DNA of 63,287 nt, counting the filler, from Kipferlia bialata (Eukaryota): the NCBI GenBank assembly GCA_003568945.1. It is 5 parts of 5 records of this genome, joined end to end, with 100 filler letters (N's around TTAATTAATTAA, not from the genome) between each part and the next. Parts side by side here need not be neighbours in the genome. Positions count along the whole stretch, not along the records: positions 16,386 to 32,658 come from BDIP01000619.1; positions 32,759 to 48,915 come from BDIP01000620.1; 3 more parts are not named here. One strand, given 5' to 3'. The notes beneath the pieces were generated by a model. The model searched no databases, had not been told where the DNA came from, and saw nothing but the letters and a program-made list of their open reading frames with translations. A program made the position numbers and the translations under genes. This document shows, piece by piece, positions 25,566 through 38,700 of this stretch (its first letter is position 1; every line of letters starts with the position of its first letter).

Positions 25566-28500
25566 TTACTCCTCCTCCTCCTCCTCCTCCTCCTCCTCTA
25601 TTGACCCGGTCTGACCAGGAACAGGGCAGGGCTTGACCTGGGATAAGGAGTTTACACAGAGGAGTTTACACAGAGGAGTAAGGGAAACTTATTATAGTGG
25701 ATAGAGAGAGTTACCTTCCAGATCCTGTCTGCATACTCCTTGACACTCCTGTCAGAGGAGAAGTGGGCCATGCCTCCTGGGGGTCAGCACAGGTCATCAT
25801 ACTATATAGGAGAAGAATACTGACACGGCAGTGCAGTATCATGGCATATGTGTTTGATATTCTGCATGTACCTGTGAGGTTGATGCTGTTCTCTGTCCAT
25901 GCCTTGGGGTTGGCGAAGGCACGGTCGGCCTGGGCCTGGGCCTGGGGGTAAGAGTGAAGTACAAACACAAACCAGACACTATAGCACAATTAGTACTTTG
26001 TGAATACCAAGGCATACCTTGATGTAGCTCTGGAAGTCGTGTGCCACCAGCCAGTAGTCTGTGCCGGACCTCATCTCGTCACAGATGGCACGGTAGGCAC
26101 CGGCACCAGTGATGCCTCTGGCCCTGCGATGAGACTAAATATATTAATGAGGATATATATACATATGAGAATGCCCTCAGGCCCTATGGACAAGGCACGT
26201 ATTGGTTATTGACAAAAACCCCATACCTCTCCTCCTTGCTGAGCAGTGCAACGATCTACAAATAGGGTATATATATATGTATATGTATGTATAATCATAG
26301 TATTACATACAGAGTCTGTGCATACCTCTCCTCCTTGCTGAGAAGTGCCCCACTCTCTATGAATGATATCACTCTGTCGAGGTCAGTCGGGATGGTCTCG
26401 GCCTCGCCCCTGGGAATCAGTATCTTAGATACATCACTACCGTACTTCCCTTGATATTGGACAGACACATGATTCTAGTACCAACCTAGCGTATGCCGCC
26501 CTGACGTCCTCTACCTCCTTGGCATTGGCTCCAAACATGAAGAGCTTCTCCTTGCCCACCTCCTATCGTGTAAGAAATGGGGCAATATCAAATATTTGTG
26601 TATTGCTGACAGTATCCTACCTCTGCGATCTCTATGTTGGCACCGTCGTATGTGCCGATGATGTTGGCTCCATTGAGGGCAAACTTCATGTTGCTGGTGC
26701 CAGAGGCCTGGGGTGAAAGTGAACATATATCCACAGAGACACACTAATACGTGTAATTGGTATACTCACACTTACACAAATAGATATGTGTGGTGAATTA
26801 CTGTTAACTTTACCTCCATTCCGGCTGTTGAGATGTGCTCAGAGATGTCGGCTGCAGGGATCAGGATCTCTGCCTTGGACACGTTGTAGTCAGCCACGAA
26901 GAACACAACCAGGCTGGGGTTAGAGAGGTACACTATATATAATAGTAGCTACACGATAGATGTAAGAGAGAGCGTAATACCCCTGACCTGTTCCTGGTGA
27001 CTGGGTCGTTGTTGATGAGCCTGGCTGCTGACACAATGAGCTGGATGATCTCCTTGGCCCTGGGAGTCAGCATGTCACACACAATGGAGATGATGCTATA
27101 CACTCTGTTGTATACCTGGTGTATGCAGGGGCGGCCTTGCCAGCAAAGATGATGACCCTGGGCACAACGTGGGGGATGGACTCTGTGCCTGGGAGTGAGA
27201 GTCAGCAGAGAAGTCGACAACTCCTCAAGTAGAGGGCTATACATACATGGACTATGCACTACTATATATATACCTGTCACTAGCTCGGCATAGTCCTTGA
27301 GCCTGAGGTACCGGAGCAGAACCTGTGTCAGACATATATATTTACATTCACAAACCGTAAATTGAATAGCCTATAGTGCGTGATTGTATGCTGCTCATAG
27401 CAGTGTACCTGGAGTATGTTCATGAGCTGCCTCTTGTACTCGTGTATCCTCTTGATGTGCACCACAAACATGGCATTGGGGTCGAGGGTGGGGGGGTTGG
27501 GGTCGTCCTGGCATTCAGCATCAAACAGACTCTAGTATCCCTAGAAAATGAATATATATCCACTGTGTGTGTGTGTGTGTGTGTATACTACAACTCATAC
27601 CTTGAGCTGGGTGGTCTTGAGGAACAGGATCAGTCTCTCCTTGGCCAGTCTCTTGGCCATCAGCCACTGCTGCTGCAACTTGCGAGAGGTGGCATGGTCC
27701 TTGAGGCGGCACAGCTGCTCGATGTCCTACACGGTGAGAGGTGGAGAGGATGTGAGTAGTACTAGATGAATATAGGGATGAAATATGGGAAAAGAGATTA
27801 CGAGTGGTAGACGTATACCCATATGTACCTTGGTCCAGTCCTCTGATCCAAGGGTGTCAGTGATGACATGGCTGGGGGTCAGACAAGGACACATCGTGTA
27901 GTATATGAACTATGGATGCAGGGGCCTCACCTGAGGTATGGGTTGCACTCCAGCAGCCACCTCCTGGGGGTCACTCCGTTGGTCACGTAGGTGAAGCGCT
28001 TGGGGAACATCTCGTAGAAGTCCCTGGGGGTGAGACACTGTGTAAATACAAACTACGCGATGAGTCAATTGCCAATACCTGAACAGCCTGTCCTGAATGA
28101 TCTCTCCGTGTAGCCTTGCCACGGCATTGACCGCATGGCTACCGACAATACCCAGGTGGGCCATCCTGACCTGGGCGTTAGGCGACATACATCAGGGTAA
28201 TCATAGTCATACCACACTGATGGACCAGATGACATGTCATGCACTATACACTCACCAGCTGTGTGTGGCCCTCTGCTATGATGGAGACACGCTCAACCCT
28301 GGGGGTGAGAAGAGAGTGAATACGCCTTGAAACGGCCACAGAGTATATGGTGAAGTAGCAACACTCTTACCTGCTTTCGTCCCCTGGGAACCTCTTTCTG
28401 ACACAGGAGAGGAAGGTGCAGTTGATGTCAAAGATGATCTGCATGATCCTGGGGTTAGAGGACATCCCATGATATCCACACTAACACATAGTGACTGTAT

Positions 28501-31500
28501 CATTGTATATATTTCTCTATACCTGGGCAGCAGCTTCTCCATGACTGGCACAGGCCATGTCTCAAGGGCCTCTGGCAGCACGGTGTGGTTGGTGTAGGCA
28601 AAGGTCTGGGGGGTCAGTCCACATAGATAATATAAGCGCAATACAATAATATGTACATACATCAGCCATACCTGCACACATACAGCCCATGCCTCACCCC
28701 AGGGCAGTCCCTCCTCATCTAGCAGGATACGCATCAGCTCTGGGGGTTAGAGGATGCCATGATGTGATCATACATATCTATTTCGTACATATGATATATA
28801 CATATGAGCGCGATTATGCTATCTCACCTGGAATGGCCACGGCTGGGTGTGTGTCGTTGATCTGGATGGCATTGTACTGACCAAACTCCAGGAGGGAGCG
28901 GCCACTCTTGCGGTACCTGGGGTGAGACCAATCATAATACATGTGTTGATGTGTAGCTAAATGATAATTAGTACTACACTCACCTCCTGACAATGTCCTG
29001 CAGAGATGCACTGGCAAAGAAGTACTGCTGCTTCAGGCGGAGCTCTCTGCCCTACAGAGTTAGAGAGGCAAGGATGAGATGCAAACACATATGATACATT
29101 CTGAGAGAGAGAGTATATGAATGAGAAGATACTGGTGGGTGTATGAGTGTGTATGCCTCTACCTGAGGGGTACTGTCATCTGGATAGAGCACACTGGTGA
29201 TGTTCTCGCACTCCTGCCTGAGGGCGATGGCAGCGGTGTAGTTGCCACTGGGGGTAAGATGGGTAGAAGAAGAGATACCTCAACAAAGGGAGAGGGAGAG
29301 AGATACTAACCGGTTGAATGACATGAGGTCGAAGTCATGACTCGGCTTGGACTGCCAGAGACGGAGGTTGAGGGTGGTGTTGGTCTTGTAGCCTGAGGTA
29401 AGGAGAGATACAGTCTTAGAGTCTATAGCGAGGGAGAGAGAGAAAGAGAGAGACACCTAACCTGGGATGGGCAGGTCATATGCCACGGCCAGCACCTCCA
29501 TGTCTGGCTCCCACACAAACTTGCCCTGATGATAAGGGGGCAGAGGGGGAGAGAGAGAGAGAGACTAGCAGTGAATACAAATATAGTTACATACCTTGTA
29601 TCCGTCCTCCAGCTCAGCTGGGGTGGCCTTCCTGACAAACCCGTACATGTTGACAGCATAAACAACGTCAAGGCGCTCAATCTCCCAGGGAAAGCCTGCG
29701 GTTAGGGAAAACACAATACACCAACACCATAGCTCATTACTAGCCATGGTATACATATATGCATATACATAGGGATACCTCTGCTGAGCCAGAAGTCTGG
29801 GAACTCGGACTGCTTCTCCTCGATGATGGACTGGGTGAACATGCCATAGTCTGGGGGATGAGTAACAGTTATACTATATTCACACCTATAATGTACTATG
29901 AGGAGACACTTATAGCATGTATACGTACTGTATCTGAGGCCGTATCCCCAGAGGGGCAGGTCCAGGGCAGCAGCACTGTCCAGGTAGCATGCGGCCAGTC
30001 TGCCAAGGCCTCCATTGCCAAGGGCAGCATCTTGCTCCTGGGGGTGAGGTATATACGTATATATATATATTTATATAGGTATGTGTGTGTATATACACCT
30101 ATTGGGTAAAGGACATGGTCGCATCCTGCTCCTGGGGGTAAGACACTTGAGTGAATACATGTATATACAACACTCATATTAGGGCACCATACCATTTAGG
30201 CATGAGGATAGTGGAGTAAAGATATACCACTGGTATATACCCACCTGGTTGTAGAGGTCCTCCAGCACAAAGCCAAGCTCCCTGAGGGACTCTCTGTAGA
30301 CACCTGGGGTGAGACAGTGTGTGAGGATAATTCAACAGCAGTATATGTACAGATGAGGATAGGTGATACCACTTGCCCCTACCCCACCTGATATGTTGAG
30401 GGATGTGAGTGCGTTGGCGAGTGTCCTGCCCAGCAGATACTCGATGGACAGGTAGTACACCCTCTTGGGGAACACTTCGTTGAAGTACCTGGGTGTCAGT
30501 TCATGTACAAACATCGTGTAATATTATTACGTGTATCGTCGTGTAGCATACGTACTGCTGTGTGTCGTTGAAGTACTCGAGGAGCCTGTCCCTGACACTG
30601 TATGCCGTGGCCATGTAGGCAGAGTGGTGGTCGATGGTGAATCTGGACCTGAGGTCAGAGGGAATAGAGAGAGAGAGGAACGATACACATTGGAATAGAA
30701 ACACTAACCTGGCGAGAGTGTACTCGATGTGTGTGACAATCTGCTTCTGGATGGCCTCGACTGTTCTGGGCTGGTACTCGGATAGGATCTCCCACAGCTT
30801 GGTGGTGTCATCGACAGAGCCCTGGGGGTTAAGAATGGAGGTAGGAGAACATAGATANNNNNNNNNNNNNNNNNNNNNNNNNNNNNNNNNNNNNNNTAGG
30901 AGAACATAGATATATGTATTATATAGACAATAATATGGTGTCATCGACAGATCCCTGGGGGTTATACGTCTCAGTGTTCCCCTCTCTATATATACAATGA
31001 TATACCTTGTCCTCTGCGGCTGCACTGAGCTGTGCCCTCACTCTGAACTCATCCAGCCAGTCCCTGGGGGTAAGGGTATATGCATATATACGTAGGGGGC
31101 AAGTGTAAAAATACTGACATATGGGTATACATTCAAGATACTCATCCAGCCAGTCCCTGGGAGTAAGAAGAGAGATATGTCAGACATATATGCATAGATA
31201 CTGACACTGACCATCGGTATTGATCTCCACACACATATGTATGAAACCCACCTGAACATGCCGTCGTTGTCTGCAGGTGCTGCACTGCCCTGGGCTAGGA
31301 GGTCTCGCATGGCCCTGCGGGGTGAGGTTGATATGTATACATACGTATAGTTACACTATCACGGGCGGTCACGCATGGCCCTGGGGGGGGGAGATTGATA
31401 TGTATATATATATATATGTATATTAACATATATAAATATATACGTATACGTATATACATCCGTATGTACAGATATGGATGTACAAATACACACCTAGCTG

Positions 31501-32537
31501 GCAGCAGTCTGAGCACCGGCCCCTTGTCACCCTCCATGCCAGGCAGGTTGTCAGTGGACCTGGGGGTAAGGGACAGGAGAGGGTATAAATATATATGTGT
31601 GTGGGTGTGGGTGTGGGTGTATGAATGGAGGTTGTCGATGGACCTGGCGGTGGGAGAGGTTGACAAGTAGATCCCGTAATAAGAGTATGTATCGTATATA
31701 TACACACGTTGTCGGTGGACCTGGGGGTAAAGGACAGGAAAGGAATAGGGGAGAGAGGGATGTGGAAGAGTATGACATTGACATCCCGCATCAGAAGAGT
31801 GAACATATACTACTTGGTGTACATACAGTCATAGGTGTATATATATATATTATACCTGCTTCTGACCAGAGCACTGAGCTCAGTCTTGGTCAGACCTGGG
31901 AACCCAGGTGAGAGTACACTGTCTGGGGTGGCTAAGCCAAGGGCATGGCCGGCAGGGGCTAGGGGTGAGATATGTATATATGGATACACATATATACAGA
32001 GAAATCGAGAATACATGCACACACCTTGCCCAGTCCTGTGCTTCCTCAGCACCCTCAGCTGCTCCTTCTGCACCGTGTGGTTCCCTAGGACAGGGGTGGG
32101 GGGACCACCGGGGGTGGCCTCGGCCATGACCTAGAGTTAGACGGAGACAAAATATGTAAACAGAGAGAGGTGAAGAACCGGAGGAGGGTCTCTAGCATAA
32201 CTCCACGTCAGAGAGAGAGGGAGAGCTGTGTAATCAAATCCACACTATACATACACACCCTAGCCACTGGGTCCCTTCTGCTTCTGAGCATGGCCAGAAG
32301 GGATACATCACTATACATGTATATATCTAAACATACTATATACTATAATATTCACACACCCTAGCCACTGGGTCTCTCCTACTTCTCAGCATGGCCAGGG
32401 GGTATATATCACTATACATGTATATATATGTAATTGTATGTATGTATATAATGTATGTAAGTACCCTAGCCACTGGGTCCCTCCTACTTCTGAGCATGGC
32501 CAGGGGAGAGGTGGAGCCAAAGTCAGGGGAGGCAGCC
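25566..32537 (-). CDS. Glycogen/alpha-glucan phosphorylase (GT35), many exons, long N-terminal extension, 5' partial
   Basis: [110 protein letters not shown]-lysine motif [14 protein letters not shown]; ends [14 protein letters not shown]...poly-E*. Confidence 0.96.
32259..32505 (-). repeat. Three copies of exon end [13 protein letters not shown] + GT donor
   Basis: Copies at ~32260, 32360 and 32465. Confidence 0.95.
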
Positions 32538-32658
32538 TGAGGTCAGAAAGAAGGGGGTGAAAGGAGAGATAGCCTAGGGCGGGGGGGAGGGGGGGGGGGG
32601 GGGGGGGGAGGGCGTGTGTCGGGCGTGCTCTGCCTCGGAGTGCCGCAGCTGGGACAGG

Positions 32659-32758
32659 NNNNNNNNNNNNNNNNNNNNNNNNNNNNNNNNNNNNNNNNNN
32701 NNTTAATTAATTAANNNNNNNNNNNNNNNNNNNNNNNNNNNNNNNNNNNNNNNNNNNN
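32659..32758. other. Artificial scaffold-concatenation linker
   Basis: N44-TTAATTAATTAA-N44. Confidence 0.97.
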
Positions 32759-35700
32759 ACAGTGGGAGAGAGACAGACATCACAGATGTGGTGGTGCGGC
32801 ACCTGCTAGAGGCCTCTGGGGACAGAGAGAGTGACCTACTCAAGGACATACACAAGCTGCTCCCTAAGCGGTACCAGTCTAACAAGAACGGCCTCAAGGT
32901 GGTGTCAAGGTGCCAGATAGAGGCCACGCTGCGTGTGCTGCTAGCTGAGACACAGTCCATAGTGCAGTGCCTGCATGAGAGGGAGGGGGGTCTACAGGGG
33001 GTGCTAGAGGGGTGGCTGCATCAACAGCCCCCTGACACTGGCACAGCCTCCCGAGTGGCATTGAAGGCTGTGCTAGGGGGACTGGAGGAGTCTCTGCCCT
33101 ACGACAGAGTACTAGCCAACAGAGGGTACGGGGTGTGCCAGACACTCCTGGGCCAGCTGGACTCACTCATTGGTGTATACCAGGCCAAACTGATAGCTGG
33201 TGCCACGACTGGGCACGGCCTCTCTCTGCCTGAGTCTCTGGGGGTGTCGAGGAGTGTGATACTCAGGCAGGACCTACGTAGTCAGTACGGGTCTCAGTAC
33301 AGCGAGGACAAGTACGTGGCGACAGAGGGGGTGGCGGGACTGTACTCAGACTTCATGGAGCAGGTTAGTATGCCATATACATGTGTATTCGTGAGTCCCT
33401 CGTCCTCACTGTATATATATATATATATTCTCTACATTATTCTTATTGCGTCCCTCCAACCACATGTTCCCTCACCCCAGGCCACCACCGGTGACGATAC
33501 CCCTTCCCAGCCCCTGCTTGTCCTCCTTGCAGACATGGGCATGGGCAAGACATGGGCCGCCACGCACCTCACCCTGGCCACGGCCAAGGACCCCTCCCTA
33601 TGCACCATCCCCTTCTACCACTCCCTCCGCAAGCCAGTGGCTGACGGGGCCCTCGGGTACTTTGGGGCGTCCAACCCCGTCCAGGCCGGCACCCACTGCG
33701 CCATGCTGCATGCCAGGAGGGGGTGCCGCACCCTCCTTGTCCTGGATGGGTTTGACGAGATAGCGGTGGAGAGGGAGAGGGTGGACACGATAAACTGGGT
33801 GTGCAGCTTCCTGGAGGTGAGTTCATTCTCCATATTCTGTGTATGCCAGGTTTATGATTCTGTATGGAGTGGCCATGTGTTTACGATGACATTGTTCTTT
33901 AATATTTCCAGTCTGGCATCTAACCTCCTTATCCAGCTTACCCTGTACTCACCTCCAGTCTGCTAATGGCACTGCCCTGGCCGTCATCACGTGCAGGGGC
34001 AGTGTCTGGTACACCGAACAGTGTGTCGATGATAGTAAGGAGAGGCTGGTTGCCCTGACCTACCGTGCCACCGCTGAGTCTCTCTCTAGCGGTCACTGCT
34101 GCCCCCTTACAGACACTGAGGTGGGGGATGCTCTGTCCAGGTATGGCCTCCCTGCCGTACCCCCCTCCCCCCTCAGAGACATGTGCCAGAGACCATTCAT
34201 GCTGCGTATCGTCAGCACCCACTTGGCAGTGACCAACACCCTCCCCGACCCATCCGACCCTGAGGCCTTCCTGCCTGTCTTCATAGACCTCAAGGACACT
34301 TCCACCCACACCATTCTCTACCGCATGGGCGTCTCCAAGGGGGTGAGGAGGCACTGCCTGCTCCCGTTCCTCAAGCTCTTGAAGGGCGATGCCGGATGTG
34401 TACTCAGTGACTCTGACGATGCTGTCCTTACCCTGACCCAGCACACCCTGTGGCAGAGGCTGCAGTCCTCAGGTCTGATATTCTCAGAGATACTGCCCTT
34501 CGAGGCCAAGTATAGCATCAGCCCTGTCTACCAGTCTACAGTGAAGCACCTGATGGTGGTGGCAGGGCTCATGCCCCCACCCCCTGTACGACCCCCTCCC
34601 CCAGTACCAGTGGTTGACAAGGCTAAGCCCAATGCCTTTGCCATGCTCTCTGCAGCACTGGCGTCGGGGTCGATAAGAGCACCCTCCCCAGGAGACCAGG
34701 TATATGGTGGTTGGACAATGGTATAACTTCAGTATCACATCTGATGCCAGGCTGCCGTCGAGCACACAGAGAACCCCCCTGCTGTTGACCTGCCAGCACC
34801 CCAGGAGGAAGGGGAGGAGAGGGAGAGCGAGGGAGAGGGAGAGGCATCCGTCGGAGATGCAGATGCAGTGGGTTGGAGTCTTACTCGCAGCTTCTCTATG
34901 TGGTCGCCCTTTGGTACCAAGAAGCACACTGAGCCCGCAGAGGAGGACAACCCTCTTCTGCTGGGCACCCCTAGGGAGCAGGCCTGTGAGGCAGTGCGTG
35001 GGTGGCTGAGGGTGTCGGGGCAGCATGCGGGGCAGTTGGGCGTCATGCTCTCTGCCTGTCTGCCTAGGGTACCCACCGCTGCACACACACTTCAGGAGCA
35101 CCTCGCATATGTGCAGACTCTCAGCAATGTCGTGACTGAGGGCACAGCCGCTCTGGAGGCACTGTCCGAGGAGGCCCCTCTGCACGATGCCATCATAGGC
35201 TGTGTCCCCCCCTTCCCCATGGTCAGACACCTGGCAGACATAGGCACGTACCTAGCAGACAAGACCATACGTAGAGAGGCAGGACCAGTCCTGAGTGGCC
35301 TTGCATCTTGGTAAGTGCATTTTGTAGAAACAATTATTGCTAATGATTAGTGTTCCTAGAAGTTGAAAACACGTATAACGTTACACTACCCTTACTTAAA
35401 GGAAGACGGGGTCCGTCACCTTCCTCAAGGAGGGTCCTTGTGTTCTTGTGGACAGCATTGGAGCCTATCACTCCACTCTGCCAGCAGAGTGTGACGAGGT
35501 CCTGGGACTAGAGCGGGTAGGACAGTACCTCCGACTGGCGGAGAGCACTGACACGACTCCGGAAGAGTTGGATGGACGGGTGCGCCTCGTCAAGCTCTGT
35601 GAGAGCCTTGGTGTATCCTCTCGTGTCTGGATGACCAAGATCCTCATGCAGCCTCGCAGGAGAGTGGTTGCAGAGATGTGTATGGCGGTACGTTTCCCAC

Positions 35701-38700
35701 AGTAAGGTCCCCTATACACAAGGCACCAAATACCCACTCATAATCAGGTCAGAGCCCCCAACGCTGCTGGTATCAAGACAACCAAGAACAGGGACGTGTT
35801 TCTCCTCACCGACCTCCTAGTGGTGAGACGGGACCACCAGTACATGAACAGCGACAAGAGCGTCACTCACCGCATTCCGCTGGAGGATATAGAGGTAAGC
35901 GGCGTGTTTGCTTCTCCGAGTCTACAACTGCAAGTACAGACAATACTCTTCAGTGGTTCTTCCAGTCTTCCTGTTCTAGTCTCACTTCAGGTGACATATG
36001 AGGGACCCGTCGGTGCTCCTACCAGAGTGACTCTGCAGGTGAACATGTCAAGTCCCTGTGTATGACTGAATAGATACCAGCCCCCAACAGTGCTATCTCC
36101 ATTGACTTCAGGCCAACAATGTGCGGCTCGACTCACTGTTTGAGGACGATGCAGCTGCAATAGGTCTCATGATACAACAGACACAGGTGGGTAGGCGAGT
36201 ATATAGAGAGAGTGTGTTAGGTTTTGTCAAGTGCAACTGCTAGAGATACATAGGGTTCCCTTCATAGTACTATTACTCACATAGGAAACAGCCAAGAACC
36301 ATTCTGAGGATCCTCTTCTCCGAACAGCACTTGCAGAAGCCATTGATGGAGAGGTGAGTGTGATCAAATATGGTTATATACTCTCCTCTCTTGTATAGTG
36401 GTCCAACCCCCAGGCCCCCGACTTCACAGCCCTCTGTGTCCAAATCAGTGGCTTGATAGACTCCGAGAGGTTAGTATATCCATGTAACGCAATGCAATAG
36501 GAGCGTAACTATACTAACTATATATATACTAACACCAGCTATCTTGCAGCATACGAGAGCATGAATGCGCCCTTAGAGATTTACAGGAGGCTCTATGACA
36601 GGCTCGATACCCTATATGGCTTCGGTGAGTGCATATAGAGTCTATATGATATAGACTATCCTGCCACTCAAGTATAGATGAATGTGTATTCCCATTCTCG
36701 TGCACCTCTCTCTAGTTTACTACACTTACACGTTCTCCTCTCACCCCAGACCTAGGTGCTGTCATGCAGTACATGCGGGCCCTCCACACAGGCCAGCACC
36801 CTGAGCCCCCCTCCCCCCTACACCCAACAGAGCATTCCCTGCAGCTGACAGGGCCCAACCTCAGGCTGCTGTCGGTGCTGGAGCCCCTGGGTCCCCTCAG
36901 AGCCAGGTTATTGCTGCTACACACTATAACAGACACACATGTACCTTAGTTTAAACTACAACCCGACCTGACTCTAGGCTTAAGACAGCCATGATTGAGG
37001 ACACCCCCCTGAAGTGGGTACATCTGGCAATGGAGGGACAGGTTGAGGAGCTACAGTACGTGTCTGGTGATGTCTGACAACTCACTGCATAGAGACATGT
37101 ATACCATACGTGTATGTTAGTGTTTCCCACCTCAGGTCCATAGTGTCAGTCTTCAAGGCCCAGATGGGTGAGGCAGGGGTATATGCAGAGGGGGTGGAAG
37201 AGAGAGAGGGAGAGATGAAGTCCACCTGGCTAGACGGTGCCTGGGACACTCTGCACACAGACACGTATAAGAAGGGTATGGGTATCAATTATACCGTCCA
37301 ATACCAGTATAGTAGTAGGTTGTCGATATCTCAAGTGGAACATGCCCTTACTCTAGCCCTGAAGCTTATGGCGGGTCTGACTGGCGTCCAGGATCGCCTA
37401 GATATGTGTGCTAACATATCAGACACCCTGCAGGTGTGTTGTGTATCAGTCTTTAACTATCAAAGGCAGTGAAGTGTATTTACAGTTCTCTTGTCTCTAA
37501 CGCAGTTCATTGCTCTGCACGTGGCCCCAGTCTTTGCCCCGCTGCCCTTGCTCCACGTGTGTGTGTCCCTCAACCACAACCTGCTGGATGTGGTGAGTAT
37601 ATGTATATATATAGATATATAGATATATATATAAATTCATATATATATATATATATATATATATGGAGACATTTAGAAAGACAATGCTCTTTACCATCTC
37701 TAGGAATACCAGACTCCCATGTGCTTATCTTAGGTGGTGAGGCAGACGGTTGAGGCCTTGATCGTAGATACCACGTCTACCGACACGGCAGACGTCGTGG
37801 CTATGTTCACATTCGCCAGATTCTATGAGACCTCGCTATTCCAGCTCGGTACGAGTAGCATGTTCTTTCGCATTCTTGCAGTATGCGCCCAAATGACTAG
37901 CCAGTGTTGATGAACATCGAGAGTCTGACATAACTATTGTCAGTACTATGGTGTTTCAACGTCTAACATCACTAGGAGCCAACTGGCTTGTGCCTGTTAT
38001 GCCAGTCCATGCAGGTGGACCCTACCGTCGGATAGACCCTACAGAGGTCCCATACCCACAGGTACATAGCTGAACTCTATATAGTATATGCATGGGTATC
38101 TACCTCCCAACACTCAGGATGAGCTACCTCCTGGAGTGGCAACAAGGGCACGGTTCTCTCTTCTAGGTACACAGCCACTAGCAGTGTGGTGATGGTGCCA
38201 TCACTGATGGTGTCCCACCAATGTCTACTACTATTCATGTTGTTGGCTACGCCACCCGTCTAACTGTAACCTCAGACGCCCTCACTCCCCTCTGCAACGT
38301 GTTCCAGAGTCGTTTCGTCAGGCTCATAGGCACCCGATGGATCAAGACATACCACACCAAGTACAGCAGGTATACAGTGCCATGTAATTGTTGAACATAG
38401 TGTAAATCATGCATCTGTTTAGCCACTGGGACTGTCAATATCAATGAGCAGCCAGAGTCACATTATAGTGTCAGTCACCATCTCACCTTTCAGGATTCTA
38501 GGCCACATCGCGTCTCTGGTTCATACACAGGACGTGTCCAGGGTTAGTCGGTGACTCACTATATGTATATTCCGGGGACCAAGGCTCCACTTATCGCAGT
38601 TCCACCTCATTGTCAATGACAATGTCAATAGTATCAGTATAAGTATATGTATAAGTATTGACTCAATGCCAGGTGGACGGTGTCGTGGTAGTGGCCAGTG

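Noticed and set aside
8087..32537. Apparent carbohydrate-metabolism gene cluster (GH31, PK, epimerase, phosphorylase)
   Set aside because: The phosphorylase is on another scaffold and GH31-PK are joined at a suspect homopolymer patch; only PK-epimerase adjacency is secure.
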